Positions 10,798-21,904 of a stretch of 54,061 nucleotides of DNA are shown here, piece by piece. A program made the position numbers and the translations under genes. The notes under the pieces were generated by a model that had not been told where the DNA came from, did not search any database, and was given only the letters and a program-made list of their open reading frames with translations. The stretch's first letter is position 1, and every line of letters starts with the position of its first letter. Origin of the DNA: an uncultured Anaerolineae bacterium (GTDB taxonomy: Bacteria; Chloroflexota; Anaerolineae; Fen-1058); contig CAYHAR010000001.1 in assembly GCA_964354595.1 (NCBI GenBank), forward strand, positions 1 to 54,061, in the 5' to 3' direction.

Positions 10798-13698
10798 TTA
10801 CTTGTCGCGCGTGACCGCGCCGAGCGCGGCCTGAGCCGCCGCGAGTCGAGCGACCGGCACGCGGTACGGGCTGCACGACACATAGTTTAGGCCCGCGCCG
10901 TGGCAGAACTCGATGGACGACGGATCGCCGCCGTGCTCGCCGCAGATGCCAATTTCCAAATCGGGTCGAGTCTTGCGTCCTTCGGTCACGGCCATTCGGA
11001 CGAGCTGTCCCACGCCGTCACGGTCGAGCACCTGGAATGGGTTCTCTGGCAGCACCTTGTCTTCCACGTAGCGCAGCAGGAATTTGCCTTCGGCGTCGTC
11101 GCGGCTGTAGCCGAACGTCGTCTGCGTCAGGTCGTTGGTGCCGAAGGAGAAGAATTGCGCGTACTCGGCAATCTGGCCCGCCGTGAGCGCGCCGCGCGGC
11201 ACTTCGATCATCGTGCCGAACTTGAACTCGATCTGGACGCCTTGCTCTTCCATCACTTTTTTCGCCACGTCTTCCAGGGTGGTCTGGCTGATCATTAATT
11301 CGTTAACGTGGCCGGTGAGCGGGATCATGACTTCGGGCTTGACGACGATGCCCTGCTTGGCCTGGATACAGGCGGCCTCAAAGATGGCGCGCACTTGCAT
11401 CTCGGTGATGGCTGGATAGGTGATGCCCAAGCGGATGCCGCGCAGACCCAGCATCGGATTGGCTTCGCGCATCGCGTTGACGGCCTTGAGCATGACCTCT
11501 TTTTCTTCCAGCTCGGCTTGCATCTGCTTGACCGACTTTTGCCCCTTCTTGGCACGATAGCCCTTGATCTTGCTTGCCATGTCAACGCGCGCTTTGAGAT
11601 CGGTCACTTGTTCGAGCAGCGATTCAAAGCTGGGCAAGAACTCGTGCAGCGGCGGGTCAATCAAGCGGATGATGACCGGCAGCCCATCCATCGCCTCAAA
11701 GATGCCCTCAAAGTCGGCGCGCTGGAACGGCAGCAGCTTGGAGAGCGCCTTTTCATACGCCTTGACCGCCGCGTTCTTCTTGGCCGCTTTCTTGGCGTCC
11801 TCGACAGCTTGCAGCAGCTTGGGGTTATCCGGTCGGCGGGCTAGCTCGGCCTGGGCGCGCTTGATCTTGTTGAAATGCGACTGCGCCTCGGACGCATTGA
11901 GGATCATTTGCTGCACCCACGGCAAGCGCACTTGCTCAAAGAACATGTGCTCGGTGCGGCATAGGCCGATGCCTTTCGCGCCAAATTTGCGCGCCACACG
12001 CGCGTCGCGCGGATAATCGGCGTTGGCCCACACATAGAGGCCGCGCGTCGGCCACGAGCCGCCATAGGCCGGGCGGCAATCGCGCGCGCAGATTTCATCG
12101 GCCCACGTCAACAGCTCGACCAGGTCGGTCTCCTTGTCAAAGTCCGGGGCGACGGTTTCAATCTTGCCGCCAAAGACATGGCCTTCGGTCCCGTCAATCG
12201 AGATGGGATCGCCCTCCTTGACGACCTTGCCGTCGGCAACGAATTGCTTCTTTTCCACATCCACGCGAATCGCTTCGCAGCCCGCCACGCACGGCTTGCC
12301 CAATCCGCGCGCCACCACCGCCGCGTGCGAGGTCGCGCCGCCGCGTTGCGTCAGGATGCCTTTGGCGACAATCATGCCGTGCACGTCGTCCGGGTTGGTC
12401 TCTTGCCGGACGAGGATGACGGCCTTGCCCGCGTGTCCCCATTCCTCGGCGGTGTCCGGGTCAAACACGGCGATGCCGGTGGCTGCGCCGGGCGAAGCGT
12501 TGAGTCCCTTGGCGAGCAAATTGCCTTCTTTCGCTGCCTTTTGCTTGGCGGCCAGATCAAAGCGAGGCAGGAGCAACAGGTTGATCTGGCTGGCCTCGAC
12601 GCGCTGCAAGGCTTCTTCCTTGGTGACGAGTCCCTCACGCGCCATGTCCACCGCGATTTTGACGGCGGCCTGCGCGGTGCGCTTGCCGGAGCGCGTCTGG
12701 AGCATGTAGAGCTTGCCGCGCTCGACGGTGAACTCCATGTCCTGCACGTCGCGGTAATGCTTTTCGAGCATGTTGCAGATTTGGACGAATTGCTCGAACG
12801 CTTCGGGCATCTCGTCCTTTAGCTCGGCGATCTTGCGCGGCGTGCGAATGCCCGCCACCACGTCTTCGCCCTGAGCGTTCATCAGGTACTCGCCATAGAG
12901 CTTCTTTTCGCCGGTGGCCGGGTCGCGTGTGAACGCCACGCCCGTGGCCGAGTTCGCGCCCATGTTGCCGAACACCATCGTCACGACGTTGACCGCGGTG
13001 CCGAGGTTGTGCGGAATCTTGTTATAGTTGCGATAGTCCATCGCGCGCTTGCCGAACCACGAGGCAAACACGGCCTCGACCGCCTGGCGCAGTTGCTCAT
13101 AAGGGTCATCGGGGAAAGATTGGCCCAGCTCTTTTTCATACAGCGCCTTGTAATCGGCCACGACCTTTTTGAGCATATCGGTCGTCAGGTCGGTGTCTTT
13201 TTTGCCCGCCGTCTTGGCTTTGTACTTGTCCAGGATGCGCTCAAACTTTTCGCCTTCGACGCCCTTGACGATGCGCCCAAACATTTGGATCAGGCGGCGG
13301 TAGGCGTCGTAAGCAAATCGCTCGTCGCCGGTCAGTTGCGTAATGCCTTGCAGGGTGATCGGATTGAGGCCGACGTTGAGCACGGTGTCCATCATGCCGG
13401 GCATGGAGAACTTGGCCCCGGATCGAACCGACACCAGCAGCGGATTATTGGCTTCGCCAAATCTCTTGCCGGTCTGCGCTTCAATTTGCTTGAGCGCATC
13501 GAGCGTCTGATCCCACATGCCTTCGGGGAATTGTTTGCCCGCGTCAAAGTAAGCGTTGCAGGCTTCGGTGGTGATGGTAAAGCCGGACGGAACGGGCAGA
13601 CCGGCGCGCGTCATTTCGGCCAGACCGGCGCCTTTGCCGCCGAGCAGGTCGCGCATGTCCTTGTTGCCCTCGTTGAACAGGTAAACCCACTTGGTCAT
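10798..13698 (-). CDS. ppdK: pyruvate, phosphate dikinase
   Basis: MTKWVYLFNEGNKDMRDLLGGKGAGLAEM, phospho-His region GGATSHAAVVARG, and C-terminal PEP-utilising domain (CGEHGGDP). Start ATG at 13698 is preceded by AGGAG. Confidence 0.92.
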   Translation of the reverse strand: MTKWVYLFNEGNKDMRDLLGGKGAGLAEMTRAGLPVPSGFTITTEACNAYFDAGKQFPEGMWDQTLDALKQIEAQTGKRFGEANNPLLVSVRSGAKFSMPGMMDTVLNVGLNPITLQGITQLTGDERFAYDAYRRLIQMFGRIVKGVEGEKFERILDKYKAKTAGKKDTDLTTDMLKKVVADYKALYEKELGQSFPDDPYEQLRQAVEAVFASWFGKRAMDYRNYNKIPHNLGTAVNVVTMVFGNMGANSATGVAFTRDPATGEKKLYGEYLMNAQGEDVVAGIRTPRKIAELKDEMPEAFEQFVQICNMLEKHYRDVQDMEFTVERGKLYMLQTRSGKRTAQAAVKIAVDMAREGLVTKEEALQRVEASQINLLLLPRFDLAAKQKAAKEGNLLAKGLNASPGAATGIAVFDPDTAEEWGHAGKAVILVRQETNPDDVHGMIVAKGILTQRGGATSHAAVVARGLGKPCVAGCEAIRVDVEKKQFVADGKVVKEGDPISIDGTEGHVFGGKIETVAPDFDKETDLVELLTWADEICARDCRPAYGGSWPTRGLYVWANADYPRDARVARKFGAKGIGLCRTEHMFFEQVRLPWVQQMILNASEAQSHFNKIKRAQAELARRPDNPKLLQAVEDAKKAAKKNAAVKAYEKALSKLLPFQRADFEGIFEAMDGLPVIIRLIDPPLHEFLPSFESLLEQVTDLKARVDMASKIKGYRAKKGQKSVKQMQAELEEKEVMLKAVNAMREANPMLGLRGIRLGITYPAITEMQVRAIFEAACIQAKQGIVVKPEVMIPLTGHVNELMISQTTLEDVAKKVMEEQGVQIEFKFGTMIEVPRGALTAGQIAEYAQFFSFGTNDLTQTTFGYSRDDAEGKFLLRYVEDKVLPENPFQVLDRDGVGQLVRMAVTEGRKTRPDLEIGICGEHGGDPSSIEFCHGAGLNYVSCSPYRVPVARLAAAQAALGAVTRDK

Positions 13699-13834
13699 TG
13701 TTGTAGCTCCTGGAATTTCGGATTGTTGATTTCGGATTTCGGCGCTTCTGCTGTCGCGCAGGGCGCTTTCAGTTGTGCGCGGCACACATTATATCCGCGT
13801 CGGCGTGCGGGCGCAACTGGCAAAACCTGCAAGT

Positions 13835-16800
13835 CTAGAACCCCTCCACCTTGCTCAAGTCCACAATGCCCTTGGGCAGCGCGGCGATGCGCTGCAGCAA
13901 GGCTAGCCGCGTTTGACGCACGGCTCGGTCTTGCGCCATCACCAGCACGTCCACAAAGAATTTGGCGATGGTGGGCGCAATCGGCGCGAATGTGTTAAAG
14001 AAATTGTCCACGGTACTGTGCAGCGAGACCTGCGCCGCGCAAGTTTGATAAGCGTCGTGCAGCGCGTGCGTCATCGGCTCTGGATCGCGCGGGATGTCCA
14101 GCGGGAACGATTCGGCGAACTCGCGCGTGATGCGGACGCAGCGGGCATAGTGAGACAGAATGTCATTCCAATCCGGGCGCGCGGCCCAACGTGTCAGCGC
14201 CTGGACGGCGACCCTCGCGCGGTACGGCACGTCGCCTTGCTCGGCCAGCGCCGCGTCCACCAGATCGTGGCGATAGCCCTGGTCCAGCAACAGCGTGCGC
14301 GAGCGGCCAACGACAAAGGCGTGAACGTCGTTCAGGATCGCGTCACGGTTGGAAAGCGCGCTGGCTGGCTGAACCTCGGCGGCGGCCTCGATAGCGCGCC
14401 GCAGCGAAAACGGCGCGGCGTTTTCCACCAGCACTTGCACGATGCCCAACGCCGCGCGCCGCAGCGCAAAGGGGTCCGCCGATCCGGTCGGCGCAAGCCC
14501 GGCGGCGAACAGCCCGACCAGGCTATCGAGCCGGTCGGCCAGTCCCACGACGACGCCGGGCAAGCTGGCCGGCAGTTGATCGCTGGCGTAGCGAGGCAAG
14601 TAGTGCTCGAAAATCGCCTGTGCCACCTCGCGCGGCTCGCCCTGCCGCAGCGCGTACTCGCGGCCCATCACGCCCTGGAGCGAGGTCAGCTCGACAACCA
14701 TCTGCGTCGCCAGGTCAGCTTTGCACAGGTGCGCGGCGCGGCTGGCGATTGCTGCCTCTTGCTCCGAAAGACCCAACATCTCGGCGATGTGCGACGTGAG
14801 CTTTTCGATTCGCTGCGCCTTGTCCAGCACCGAGCCGAGCTTTTCGTGAAAGGTCAACGTGCGCAGGCGCAGCAGAAAATCGTCCAGCCGCTTGGCGGTG
14901 TCGTGCTGGAAAAAGAACTCGGCGTCGGCAAAGCGCGCGCGCAAGACTTCTTGGTTGCCATGCGTCACCCGGTCCAGGTGGCGCTTGCCGCCGTTCCGAA
15001 CGGCCACGAAAAAGGGCAACAGTTTGCCGTTTTTTTGCACCGGAAAGTATTGTTGGTGTTTGCGCATCACGGTCACTAGCACGTCGCGCGGGAGCGCAAG
15101 GAATTTTTCTTCAAATTCACCCAACAGCGCGGTGGGCTGCTCGACCATGTTGGTCACTTCGTCCAGCAGGCCGGGCATCTCGGGGATTTCGCCGCCGACG
15201 GATTCGGCGAGCTGGGCGATTTGTTTTTGAATCACGGCGCGGCGCTCGTCCACGTCGGCGATGATGCGCTGATCGCGGAGCGCGTCCATATAGTCTGTTG
15301 CGCTTTGGAGGGCGATTTCGGGCGACCCGTTGCTGCGCGCGCCGATGGTCGTGCGGCCACCCGATACGCCCGCGTATTCGAAGGGAATCACCACATCGCC
15401 GAACAGAGCAATCAACCATCGAATCGGCCGGCTAAAGGCGACGTTAGTGTGATTCCAGCGCATCGTCTTGTCGAACTTGAGGGCGGCGATGAGGCCGGGC
15501 AATCGCTCCGCCAAGACCTGAGCGGCGGGCTGGCCCTCCTCGCGCTTGATAGCGACGACGTATTTGCCGCCCTCCAGGTCTTGCACGTGCAAATCGGCCA
15601 CGGCCACGCCTTGACCGCGCGCGAATCCTTCGGCGGCTTTGGTCGGCGCGCCGAGAGAATCGAACGCGGCTTTGGCCGGCGGGCCTTTGACCTGGCGCTC
15701 GACGGATTTCTGGCGCGGGGCCAGTTCTTGCACCAGCACCGCCAATCGGCGCGGCGTGCCGTACACTTTAATTTCACCATGTTCCAAGCGAGCCTCGTCC
15801 AACATCTTTGGCGACAGCTCGCGCAGTTGCGTGATGGCCGCCGTCAGATCGCCGGCGGGTAATTCTTCGACGCCGATTTCGAACAGGAACATCGTGGGAG
15901 TGTCGGAGGTCGGAAATTGGGGGTCGGAGGTCGGACGAGACTCTCCACTCTCTACTCTCCCCTCTCCACTTTTCAGGAAGGGATATTCCTCGCGTTGGCG
16001 CTGCGCCAAATACGCGGCGGACACCTGGCGCGAAAGGTCGCGCATCTTGGCAAAGTATCCGGCGCGTTCCGTCACGCCGACCGCGCCGCGCGCGTCGAGC
16101 ACGTTAAAGGTGTGACTGCACCGCAGCACGTAATCGTGCGCCGGGATGACCAGGGGCGGCTCGTGGCTCAGGCAAGCGCGCGCTTCGGCCTCGAACAGTT
16201 TGTACATCTCGGTCAGCCGTTGCACGTCAGCCGATTCAAAATCATAGGTGCAATGCTCGACCTCGGGCGTCTTGAGCACGTCGGCATAAGTGCGGCCCGC
16301 GCCCCAGTCAATGTCCCACACGCTGCGCTTGTCTTGCAGAACGAGCACGATGCGTTCCAGCCCATAAGTCAGCTCGACCGGCACCGGGTCGAGCGCCTGC
16401 CCACCCGCTTGCTGAAAATACGTGAACTGACTGATCTCTTGTCCGTCACACCACACCTGCCAGCCTAGCCCCCAGGAGCCGAGCGCAGGCGATTCCCAGT
16501 TGTCTTCGACAAAGCGAATGTCGTGCTTGCGCCGGTCAATGCCGATGGCCTCCAGGCTGCCCAGGTAAAGCTCCTGCGGGTTACCGGGGTCGGGCTTCAA
16601 GATAACCTGGAGCTGCGTGTGCATCTGCATCCGGTTGGGATTCTCGGCGTAGCGACCGTCGTCGGGCCGATACGATGGCTCGACGTAGCAGACGTTCCAC
16701 GGCTCTGGCCCCAGCACGCGCAGCGTGGTGGCTGGGTTGGCCGTGCCCGCGCCGACTTTTTCGCTATACGGCTGCCAGATCAGGCAGCCGTGCTCGGCCC

Positions 16801-16852
16801 AATAGTTTTGGAAGCAAAGAATGACTTGTTGGAAAGAGAGTGGTTTAGACAT
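13835..16852 (-). CDS. glyQS: glycine--tRNA ligase, fused alpha-beta chain
   Basis: N-terminal alpha subunit ([17 protein letters not shown]...[19 protein letters not shown]-like) continues without a stop through a 26-aa linker into the beta subunit ([14 protein letters not shown]...). Total 1005 aa. Confidence 0.9.
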   Translation of the reverse strand: MSKPLSFQQVILCFQNYWAEHGCLIWQPYSEKVGAGTANPATTLRVLGPEPWNVCYVEPSYRPDDGRYAENPNRMQMHTQLQVILKPDPGNPQELYLGSLEAIGIDRRKHDIRFVEDNWESPALGSWGLGWQVWCDGQEISQFTYFQQAGGQALDPVPVELTYGLERIVLVLQDKRSVWDIDWGAGRTYADVLKTPEVEHCTYDFESADVQRLTEMYKLFEAEARACLSHEPPLVIPAHDYVLRCSHTFNVLDARGAVGVTERAGYFAKMRDLSRQVSAAYLAQRQREEYPFLKSGEGRVESGESRPTSDPQFPTSDTPTMFLFEIGVEELPAGDLTAAITQLRELSPKMLDEARLEHGEIKVYGTPRRLAVLVQELAPRQKSVERQVKGPPAKAAFDSLGAPTKAAEGFARGQGVAVADLHVQDLEGGKYVVAIKREEGQPAAQVLAERLPGLIAALKFDKTMRWNHTNVAFSRPIRWLIALFGDVVIPFEYAGVSGGRTTIGARSNGSPEIALQSATDYMDALRDQRIIADVDERRAVIQKQIAQLAESVGGEIPEMPGLLDEVTNMVEQPTALLGEFEEKFLALPRDVLVTVMRKHQQYFPVQKNGKLLPFFVAVRNGGKRHLDRVTHGNQEVLRARFADAEFFFQHDTAKRLDDFLLRLRTLTFHEKLGSVLDKAQRIEKLTSHIAEMLGLSEQEAAIASRAAHLCKADLATQMVVELTSLQGVMGREYALRQGEPREVAQAIFEHYLPRYASDQLPASLPGVVVGLADRLDSLVGLFAAGLAPTGSADPFALRRAALGIVQVLVENAAPFSLRRAIEAAAEVQPASALSNRDAILNDVHAFVVGRSRTLLLDQGYRHDLVDAALAEQGDVPYRARVAVQALTRWAARPDWNDILSHYARCVRITREFAESFPLDIPRDPEPMTHALHDAYQTCAAQVSLHSTVDNFFNTFAPIAPTIAKFFVDVLVMAQDRAVRQTRLALLQRIAALPKGIVDLSKVEGF

Positions 16853-16921
16853 TCAAATTCCTTGATTTGAACCGCAAGACATTCAGCCTTACTTGCACTC
16901 TTGGTATCTCGGCGGTGAGGT

Positions 16922-17707
16922 CTACCCGGTTGCCATTTCGAGCCGCAGCGTCCGCAGGAACTCGACCGATTTCAAGTTCCGTTCCAGGATGTAGGTGATG
17001 TACTTGAGCATCGCCTGCTCGACCTCGCGCGCGACGAGCGGGCGCAGCTTGAGCGCCGCAAACGCGGGCCATTCGACGCGCGCCGCATGGCGCAACACTT
17101 TGAGCGCGGCCAGCGAAAGCGGCAGCGCGTCCGTAAATTCAGGCGCGCATTTCTCGCACAGCACGCCGCCCCGGCCGCAGTCAAAGCCATAGGGCGGCGA
17201 CTCGCTTGTGATTTCGCGCAAAGGCTTGCCGCAGCGCGCGCAATCAAACAGCCTCGGTTGATAACCTGCCAGGGTCAGCAGTCGTAGCTCGTAAAAGCGC
17301 GCCAGCAGCGCCGGATTCTCGGCGTCGCACAGGCGCGCCAGCGTGTTGGCTAGCAGATCGTAGAGCGCGGCGTTTTCCTCTTCGTCGACCGTAAAGCGGT
17401 CGAGCAACTCGACGATGTAATGCGCGTACGTCGAGCGCAGCAAATCCTCGCGCAGCGCGCGATATGCTTCGACCGTCTCGGCCTGGCTGACAATGTCCAG
17501 GTTGCGCGCTTTGGCAATAAGTAATGTGCTGCGCGTGAACAACTCGACGTGCCCGCCTTTGCGGCTGGCCGGCTTGCGTGCGCCTTTGGCGACGACCCGC
17601 AGCTTGCCGCGAGCGGGCGTAAAAACCGTCAACAGCCGGTCGGCTTCGCCCAGATCGGCGCGGCGCAAAATGATCGCTTCGGTACGGTACAGTCGTTCCT
17701 GTGGCAC
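16922..17707 (-). CDS. recO: DNA repair protein RecO
   Basis: N-terminal OB fold (YRTEAIILRRADLGEADRLLTVFT...GKLRVVAKGARK) and a Cys4 zinc motif (CARCGKP...CEKC). Confidence 0.85.
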   Translation of the reverse strand: MPQERLYRTEAIILRRADLGEADRLLTVFTPARGKLRVVAKGARKPASRKGGHVELFTRSTLLIAKARNLDIVSQAETVEAYRALREDLLRSTYAHYIVELLDRFTVDEEENAALYDLLANTLARLCDAENPALLARFYELRLLTLAGYQPRLFDCARCGKPLREITSESPPYGFDCGRGGVLCEKCAPEFTDALPLSLAALKVLRHAARVEWPAFAALKLRPLVAREVEQAMLKYITYILERNLKSVEFLRTLRLEMATG

Positions 17708-17815
17708 AACGCCGATTATACCATAGCCAATGAAAATACCTCCAAGCCGGCGAGGCCTGGAGATTTTTGGGACACGGATTCTCGCAGATTCACACAGAAG
17801 GGAAAATGGGTGTCG

Positions 17816-18700
17816 CTATTTTTCCGGTTTGCGGACCTCGACGCTCTTGCCCTTGAGGAAACTCTGCGCGCCTTCCAAAGTGTCTTTAGTCTGTTGCAGG
17901 ACTCCCACCAGCGAATGCACGGGATAAGTGCCGCTGCCGATGACCAGGCCGGTGATCAGCACATCTATCCTGGCCGGAACGATCCCCACGCCGAGCATGG
18001 CAAACATCTGCAACTGCCCGACGGTGGCGACGATGACGCCCAGCCACAAGCCCAGCACAATGCTCGCCGCGCGCTTGGCGCTCTTGTAGCCGGGCGAGTC
18101 GGCTGCCGAAGCCAATTCGCGCTCGGCGTCGGTGAGGCGCGTTTCCGCCATCGCCATCATGCTCTTGGCTGTGTCGAGTTTCTTTTGCGCCTCGGTCACA
18201 ACCTGCTCGCGCCATTGCTCGACGGTTTTGCCCTTGTCAATTTTGTCGGGTATCATGGCTTGGAGCTGCTCCGGCGTGGTCGGGATTTGCGAGACGATTT
18301 TGTTGGCTTCGTTCGATACGTCGGCCAGCCACTTGCGCGCTTCCTGGACTTTGGTCTCGGCGCTGTGGAGCCAGCGCAGGCCGCGACCCAGGTATGCCAC
18401 CAGCGTCAGCCAGTATTGCTCGATGATTCCAAAAGTCGTTTCCAAAAGCCGCTCGACGCCTGCAGCAGCAGCCAGCACGGGCGCCAATACCACGGCCAGG
18501 TCCAAGCCGGTCAGTGACGGCGTGGGCGGGGCATCTTGAACGGTCGCCGGGCCGAACAGCCAGTACAGCGTGGCAAGCCAGGCTGCCAGCAGGACACCCA
18601 GCGCCAATCCCAAGAGGTACTTGGTGGCCTGGCGCTTGCGTTTGGGATCCCACAACGGGACGACGGCAATGTTGGTGGTGGATATAGGTTGTGTGCTCAT
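17816..18700 (-). CDS. hypothetical membrane protein with central coiled-coil
   Basis: ATG at 18700 is preceded by GAGGAGG. TM segments at both ends flank a Lys/Glu/Gln-rich helical region. The upstream part of the ORF-track model is Arg-rich and looks off-frame; it also overlaps cdd. Confidence 0.55.
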   Translation of the reverse strand: MSTQPISTTNIAVVPLWDPKRKRQATKYLLGLALGVLLAAWLATLYWLFGPATVQDAPPTPSLTGLDLAVVLAPVLAAAAGVERLLETTFGIIEQYWLTLVAYLGRGLRWLHSAETKVQEARKWLADVSNEANKIVSQIPTTPEQLQAMIPDKIDKGKTVEQWREQVVTEAQKKLDTAKSMMAMAETRLTDAERELASAADSPGYKSAKRAASIVLGLWLGVIVATVGQLQMFAMLGVGIVPARIDVLITGLVIGSGTYPVHSLVGVLQQTKDTLEGAQSFLKGKSVEVRKPEK

Positions 18701-18720
18701 GCTTGACCTCCTCATAGAGT

Positions 18721-19110
18721 TTAAGCTAAACTCTCCGGCCCGAATGATTCGGGCAAGAGTTGATCGAGCGTAAATTGCCGGACGTGACCGGCGTCGTCGG
18801 CGAGCAAGACGCGCAAGTGCGGAGCAAACTCGCGCATCACCTGGCGGCACGCGCCGCACGGGCTGCCGCCGTTGCGCGTGGCGATGGCGATGGCGACAAA
18901 CTCGCGCTGACCTTCGGACACGGCTTTGACCATCGCGGTGCGCTCGGCGCACAGCGTCATCGGATACACGGCGTTTTCCACGTTGCAGCCGGTGAACACT
19001 TGACCGGAGGCGGTCAGCAGCGCCGCGCCCACATCGTAATGCGAGTATGGCGCGTAGGCGTTTTCGCGCGCCGCCTGCGCCAACTGGACCAGCTCTCGAT
19101 CCTCCATCAT
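18721..19110 (-). CDS. cdd: cytidine deaminase
   Basis: Zinc-binding motifs CAERTAM and PCGACRQVM. 129 aa. Confidence 0.85.
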   Translation of the reverse strand: MMEDRELVQLAQAARENAYAPYSHYDVGAALLTASGQVFTGCNVENAVYPMTLCAERTAMVKAVSEGQREFVAIAIATRNGGSPCGACRQVMREFAPHLRVLLADDAGHVRQFTLDQLLPESFGPESLA

Positions 19111-20411
19111 GTCTCCTGCGGGGTAGGGGGGTGTTCGCGTCGCACGCGCACTTTGCCGATGCGCCGCCCGGAAACGTCGAGCACCTCTATGATCAGCCCG
19201 TTGAATCGCAACTGCTCGCCAGTGGTGGGCACGTGGCCGAACTGGGTGTAGAGAAAGCCGCCGAGCGTATCATAAGATTCGGCGGGAAGCTGCACGTCCA
19301 GCAATTGGCTCGCATCGTCGAGGTTTGCTCGCGCGTCAAAGATATAATCGCCTCCGGCTTCTTGCTGGAACATGGGCTCTTCGGTGTCGTACTCGTCCTG
19401 GATTTCGCCGACGATTTCTTCCAGGATGTTTTCAATCGTCACCAAGCCGGCCATGCCGCCATATTCGTCCACGACAATCGCCACGTGGACGCGGCGCTTT
19501 TGCAATTCCTCCAAAAGCTCATCCACCTTTTTGGCCTCTGGCACAAAGTAAGCCGGTCGGACGATTTGCGAGAGCGAAACGGCCAAGTCGCCCGCGCGCA
19601 GCACGCGCAACAAGTCCTTGGCATAGAGGACGCCAATCACGTTATCAATCGTATCTTGATAGACCGGCACGCGGCTGTGTGTGGCACGAATGACCAGGTC
19701 AGTGGCTTCGGGCAGCGGCGTGGCCGCATCTATCGCCACCACGTCAATGCGCGGCACCATCACTTCGCGCGTCAGCGTGTCGCCCAGCTCAAAGATCGAA
19801 TAGATCATTTCCTTTTCTTCTTCTTCGAGCACGCCGCCTTCTTCGCCCGCGTCCACCACTGTCTTGATTTCTTCCTCGGTGACCAGCCCCATGCCGGTGC
19901 GCGACGCCCCACCGAGCGGTCCAGCGATAAAGTTGGAGAGTCCGACCAATGCCTTGACAACCGGAGCGACCAGTGAGGCTGTTGCATCGAGCGGGCGGGC
20001 AACCAAGAGCGCAATGGGTTCGGCGTGGCGCGCCGCGAGCGACTTGGGGACCAGCTCGCCCAGGACGAGCATCACCAGCCCCAATGCAAACGTAACGATG
20101 AGAACTGCCAGCAGCAAGCTATATGGCGCGAGCCACGCGGCGCGCGCCATATAGCTTGCCAGTTGCGGCGCAAGCATGATTGCGGCAGTGCCTGCCGCCA
20201 GGAAACTCGCCAGCGTCGTGCCCAATTGCAGCGTGGCGAGCGTCCGGCTGGAATCTTGCGCAAGCCGTTCCAACGACTTGGCGGCGGCGTGCTTTTGTTC
20301 GACGAGCTTTGCCAGGCGCGACTTGCGCACCTCCGCAATCGCCACTTCAGAGGCGGCCAGAAAGGCATTCAGTATCACGAGCGCTACGAGCAAGACAAGC
20401 TCGGCAACCAT
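19107..20411 (-). CDS. CNNM/hemolysin-family transporter-associated protein (DUF21 + CBS pair + CorC_HlyC)
   Basis: MVAELVLLVALVILNAFLAASEVAI (DUF21), a CBS pair (MVPRIDVVAID...VPVYQDTIDNVIGVLYAKDLL), and a C-terminal CorC domain. Start set at the internal ATG 20411. Confidence 0.85.
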   Translation of the reverse strand: MVAELVLLVALVILNAFLAASEVAIAEVRKSRLAKLVEQKHAAAKSLERLAQDSSRTLATLQLGTTLASFLAAGTAAIMLAPQLASYMARAAWLAPYSLLLAVLIVTFALGLVMLVLGELVPKSLAARHAEPIALLVARPLDATASLVAPVVKALVGLSNFIAGPLGGASRTGMGLVTEEEIKTVVDAGEEGGVLEEEEKEMIYSIFELGDTLTREVMVPRIDVVAIDAATPLPEATDLVIRATHSRVPVYQDTIDNVIGVLYAKDLLRVLRAGDLAVSLSQIVRPAYFVPEAKKVDELLEELQKRRVHVAIVVDEYGGMAGLVTIENILEEIVGEIQDEYDTEEPMFQQEAGGDYIFDARANLDDASQLLDVQLPAESYDTLGGFLYTQFGHVPTTGEQLRFNGLIIEVLDVSGRRIGKVRVRREHPPTPQET

Positions 20412-20448
20412 CTGGCTATCTCCGACAAACGACGAAGGACGAATATCT

Positions 20449-21789
20449 TTACTCGTCGTTCGTCTGTTTCTCCCGCGCGGGCACGCCGTACACCACCGCG
20501 CCGTCCGGCACGTCATGCGTGACGACGCTACCTGCGCCGGTGACCGCGCCCTTGCCAATCGTCACAGGCGCGCGCAGCATCGTGTCGCTGCCGATGAACG
20601 CGCCTTCGCCGATGACGGTCTTGTGCTTCTTTGCGCCGTCATAGTTGCAGGTGATCGTCCCGCAGCCAATGTTCACGTTCGCGCCCACGTCGGCATCGCC
20701 CAGGTAGCTAAAGTGGCCCATCTTGGCCCCAGGCCCCAGCCGCGAGTTTTTCACTTCGCCATAGTTGCCCATGTGGACGTGACTGCACAAATACGCGCCC
20801 TTGCGCAGGTGCGCGAATGGTCCCACGTCCACGTCGTTCTCCAGCGTTGCGCCTTCGAACACGGAAGCCTTGACCTCGCATCGGTCGCCGAGGGTGGAAT
20901 CGCTAATGATCGTGTTCGGGCCAATTGAGCACTCGCGCCCGATGATCGTTTTGCCGCGCAGGTGAGTGTTCGGATAGACGACCGTGTCCGCGCCGATGGC
21001 GACGCCGGCCTCGACGTAGGTCGTCGCCGGATCAATCATCGTCACGCCGGAGAGCATCAACTGTTCGTTGATGCGCGCGCGCATCTTGCGCTCTGCCCAG
21101 GCCAATCGCGCACGGTCGTCAATGCCCATCACTTCGTCGGTGGCAGCCTCCAACGCGGCGACGATAAGACCTTCGGCTACAGCCATCTCAACCAGGTCAG
21201 TCAAGTATCGCTCGCCGTGCTTGACCGGCAAGTTGCCCAGGTGTGACCACAGCCAATCGGCCCGGAAGCACAAGATGCCGCTGTTGACTTCACGGATGGC
21301 GAGTTGTTCCGGCGTAGCTTCTTTGAATTCGACGATAGCGCGCACGTGGCCTGCTTCGTCGCGGACGATGCGCCCCAATCGCAGCGGGTCGGGTGGGCGG
21401 AAGGTGAGGATCGTTGCCGCAGCTTGCTCCCGCGCTTGATGATCCAGCATCGCACGGAGGGTCTCGACGGTGACAAAGGGCGTATCGCCATAGAGGACGA
21501 GCACAGTATCAGCGTTGCCTATCAGCGCAGATTGCGCTTGGATCACCGCATGGCCGGTGCCCAGTTGCGGCTCTTGCAAAGCAAACTCGGCCGCGTCGCC
21601 CAACGCCTGGCGTACCAAGTCCGCGCGATGGCCGATGACGACGAGAGGTCGCTCCCCGGTCAGCTCGCGCGCGACGTCAACAACGTGCGCCACCATCGGC
21701 TTGCCGCACACGCGGTGCAGCACTTTGGGTAAATCGGATTTCATTCGCGTGCCCATCCCAGCGGCAAGGATTACGACACCAATTGACAT
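20449..21789 (-). CDS. glmU: bifunctional UDP-GlcNAc pyrophosphorylase / GlcN-1-P N-acetyltransferase
   Basis: VVILAAGMGTRMKSDLPKVLH N-terminus and C-terminal left-handed beta-helix hexapeptide repeats. Start could be 21789 or 21801. Confidence 0.9.
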   Translation of the reverse strand: MSIGVVILAAGMGTRMKSDLPKVLHRVCGKPMVAHVVDVARELTGERPLVVIGHRADLVRQALGDAAEFALQEPQLGTGHAVIQAQSALIGNADTVLVLYGDTPFVTVETLRAMLDHQAREQAAATILTFRPPDPLRLGRIVRDEAGHVRAIVEFKEATPEQLAIREVNSGILCFRADWLWSHLGNLPVKHGERYLTDLVEMAVAEGLIVAALEAATDEVMGIDDRARLAWAERKMRARINEQLMLSGVTMIDPATTYVEAGVAIGADTVVYPNTHLRGKTIIGRECSIGPNTIISDSTLGDRCEVKASVFEGATLENDVDVGPFAHLRKGAYLCSHVHMGNYGEVKNSRLGPGAKMGHFSYLGDADVGANVNIGCGTITCNYDGAKKHKTVIGEGAFIGSDTMLRAPVTIGKGAVTGAGSVVTHDVPDGAVVYGVPAREKQTNDE

Positions 21790-21904
21790 TTCAGACTCCA
21801 TGGTTGGGTAGACAAGTAAGCCAGTAGCCAAATAGTCGGGTGGCCCAACGACTGGACTACCCGACTGCACGACTCATTGGCTACATGACCAACCGACGAC
21901 GCGA

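Noticed and set aside
10694-10876. The N-terminal extension of the small membrane protein (ORF-track 10412..10876).
   Set aside because: The extension is Arg/Gly-rich, overlaps the 3' end of ppdK, and lacks an RBS. The internal ATG at 10693 has a good Shine-Dalgarno sequence.
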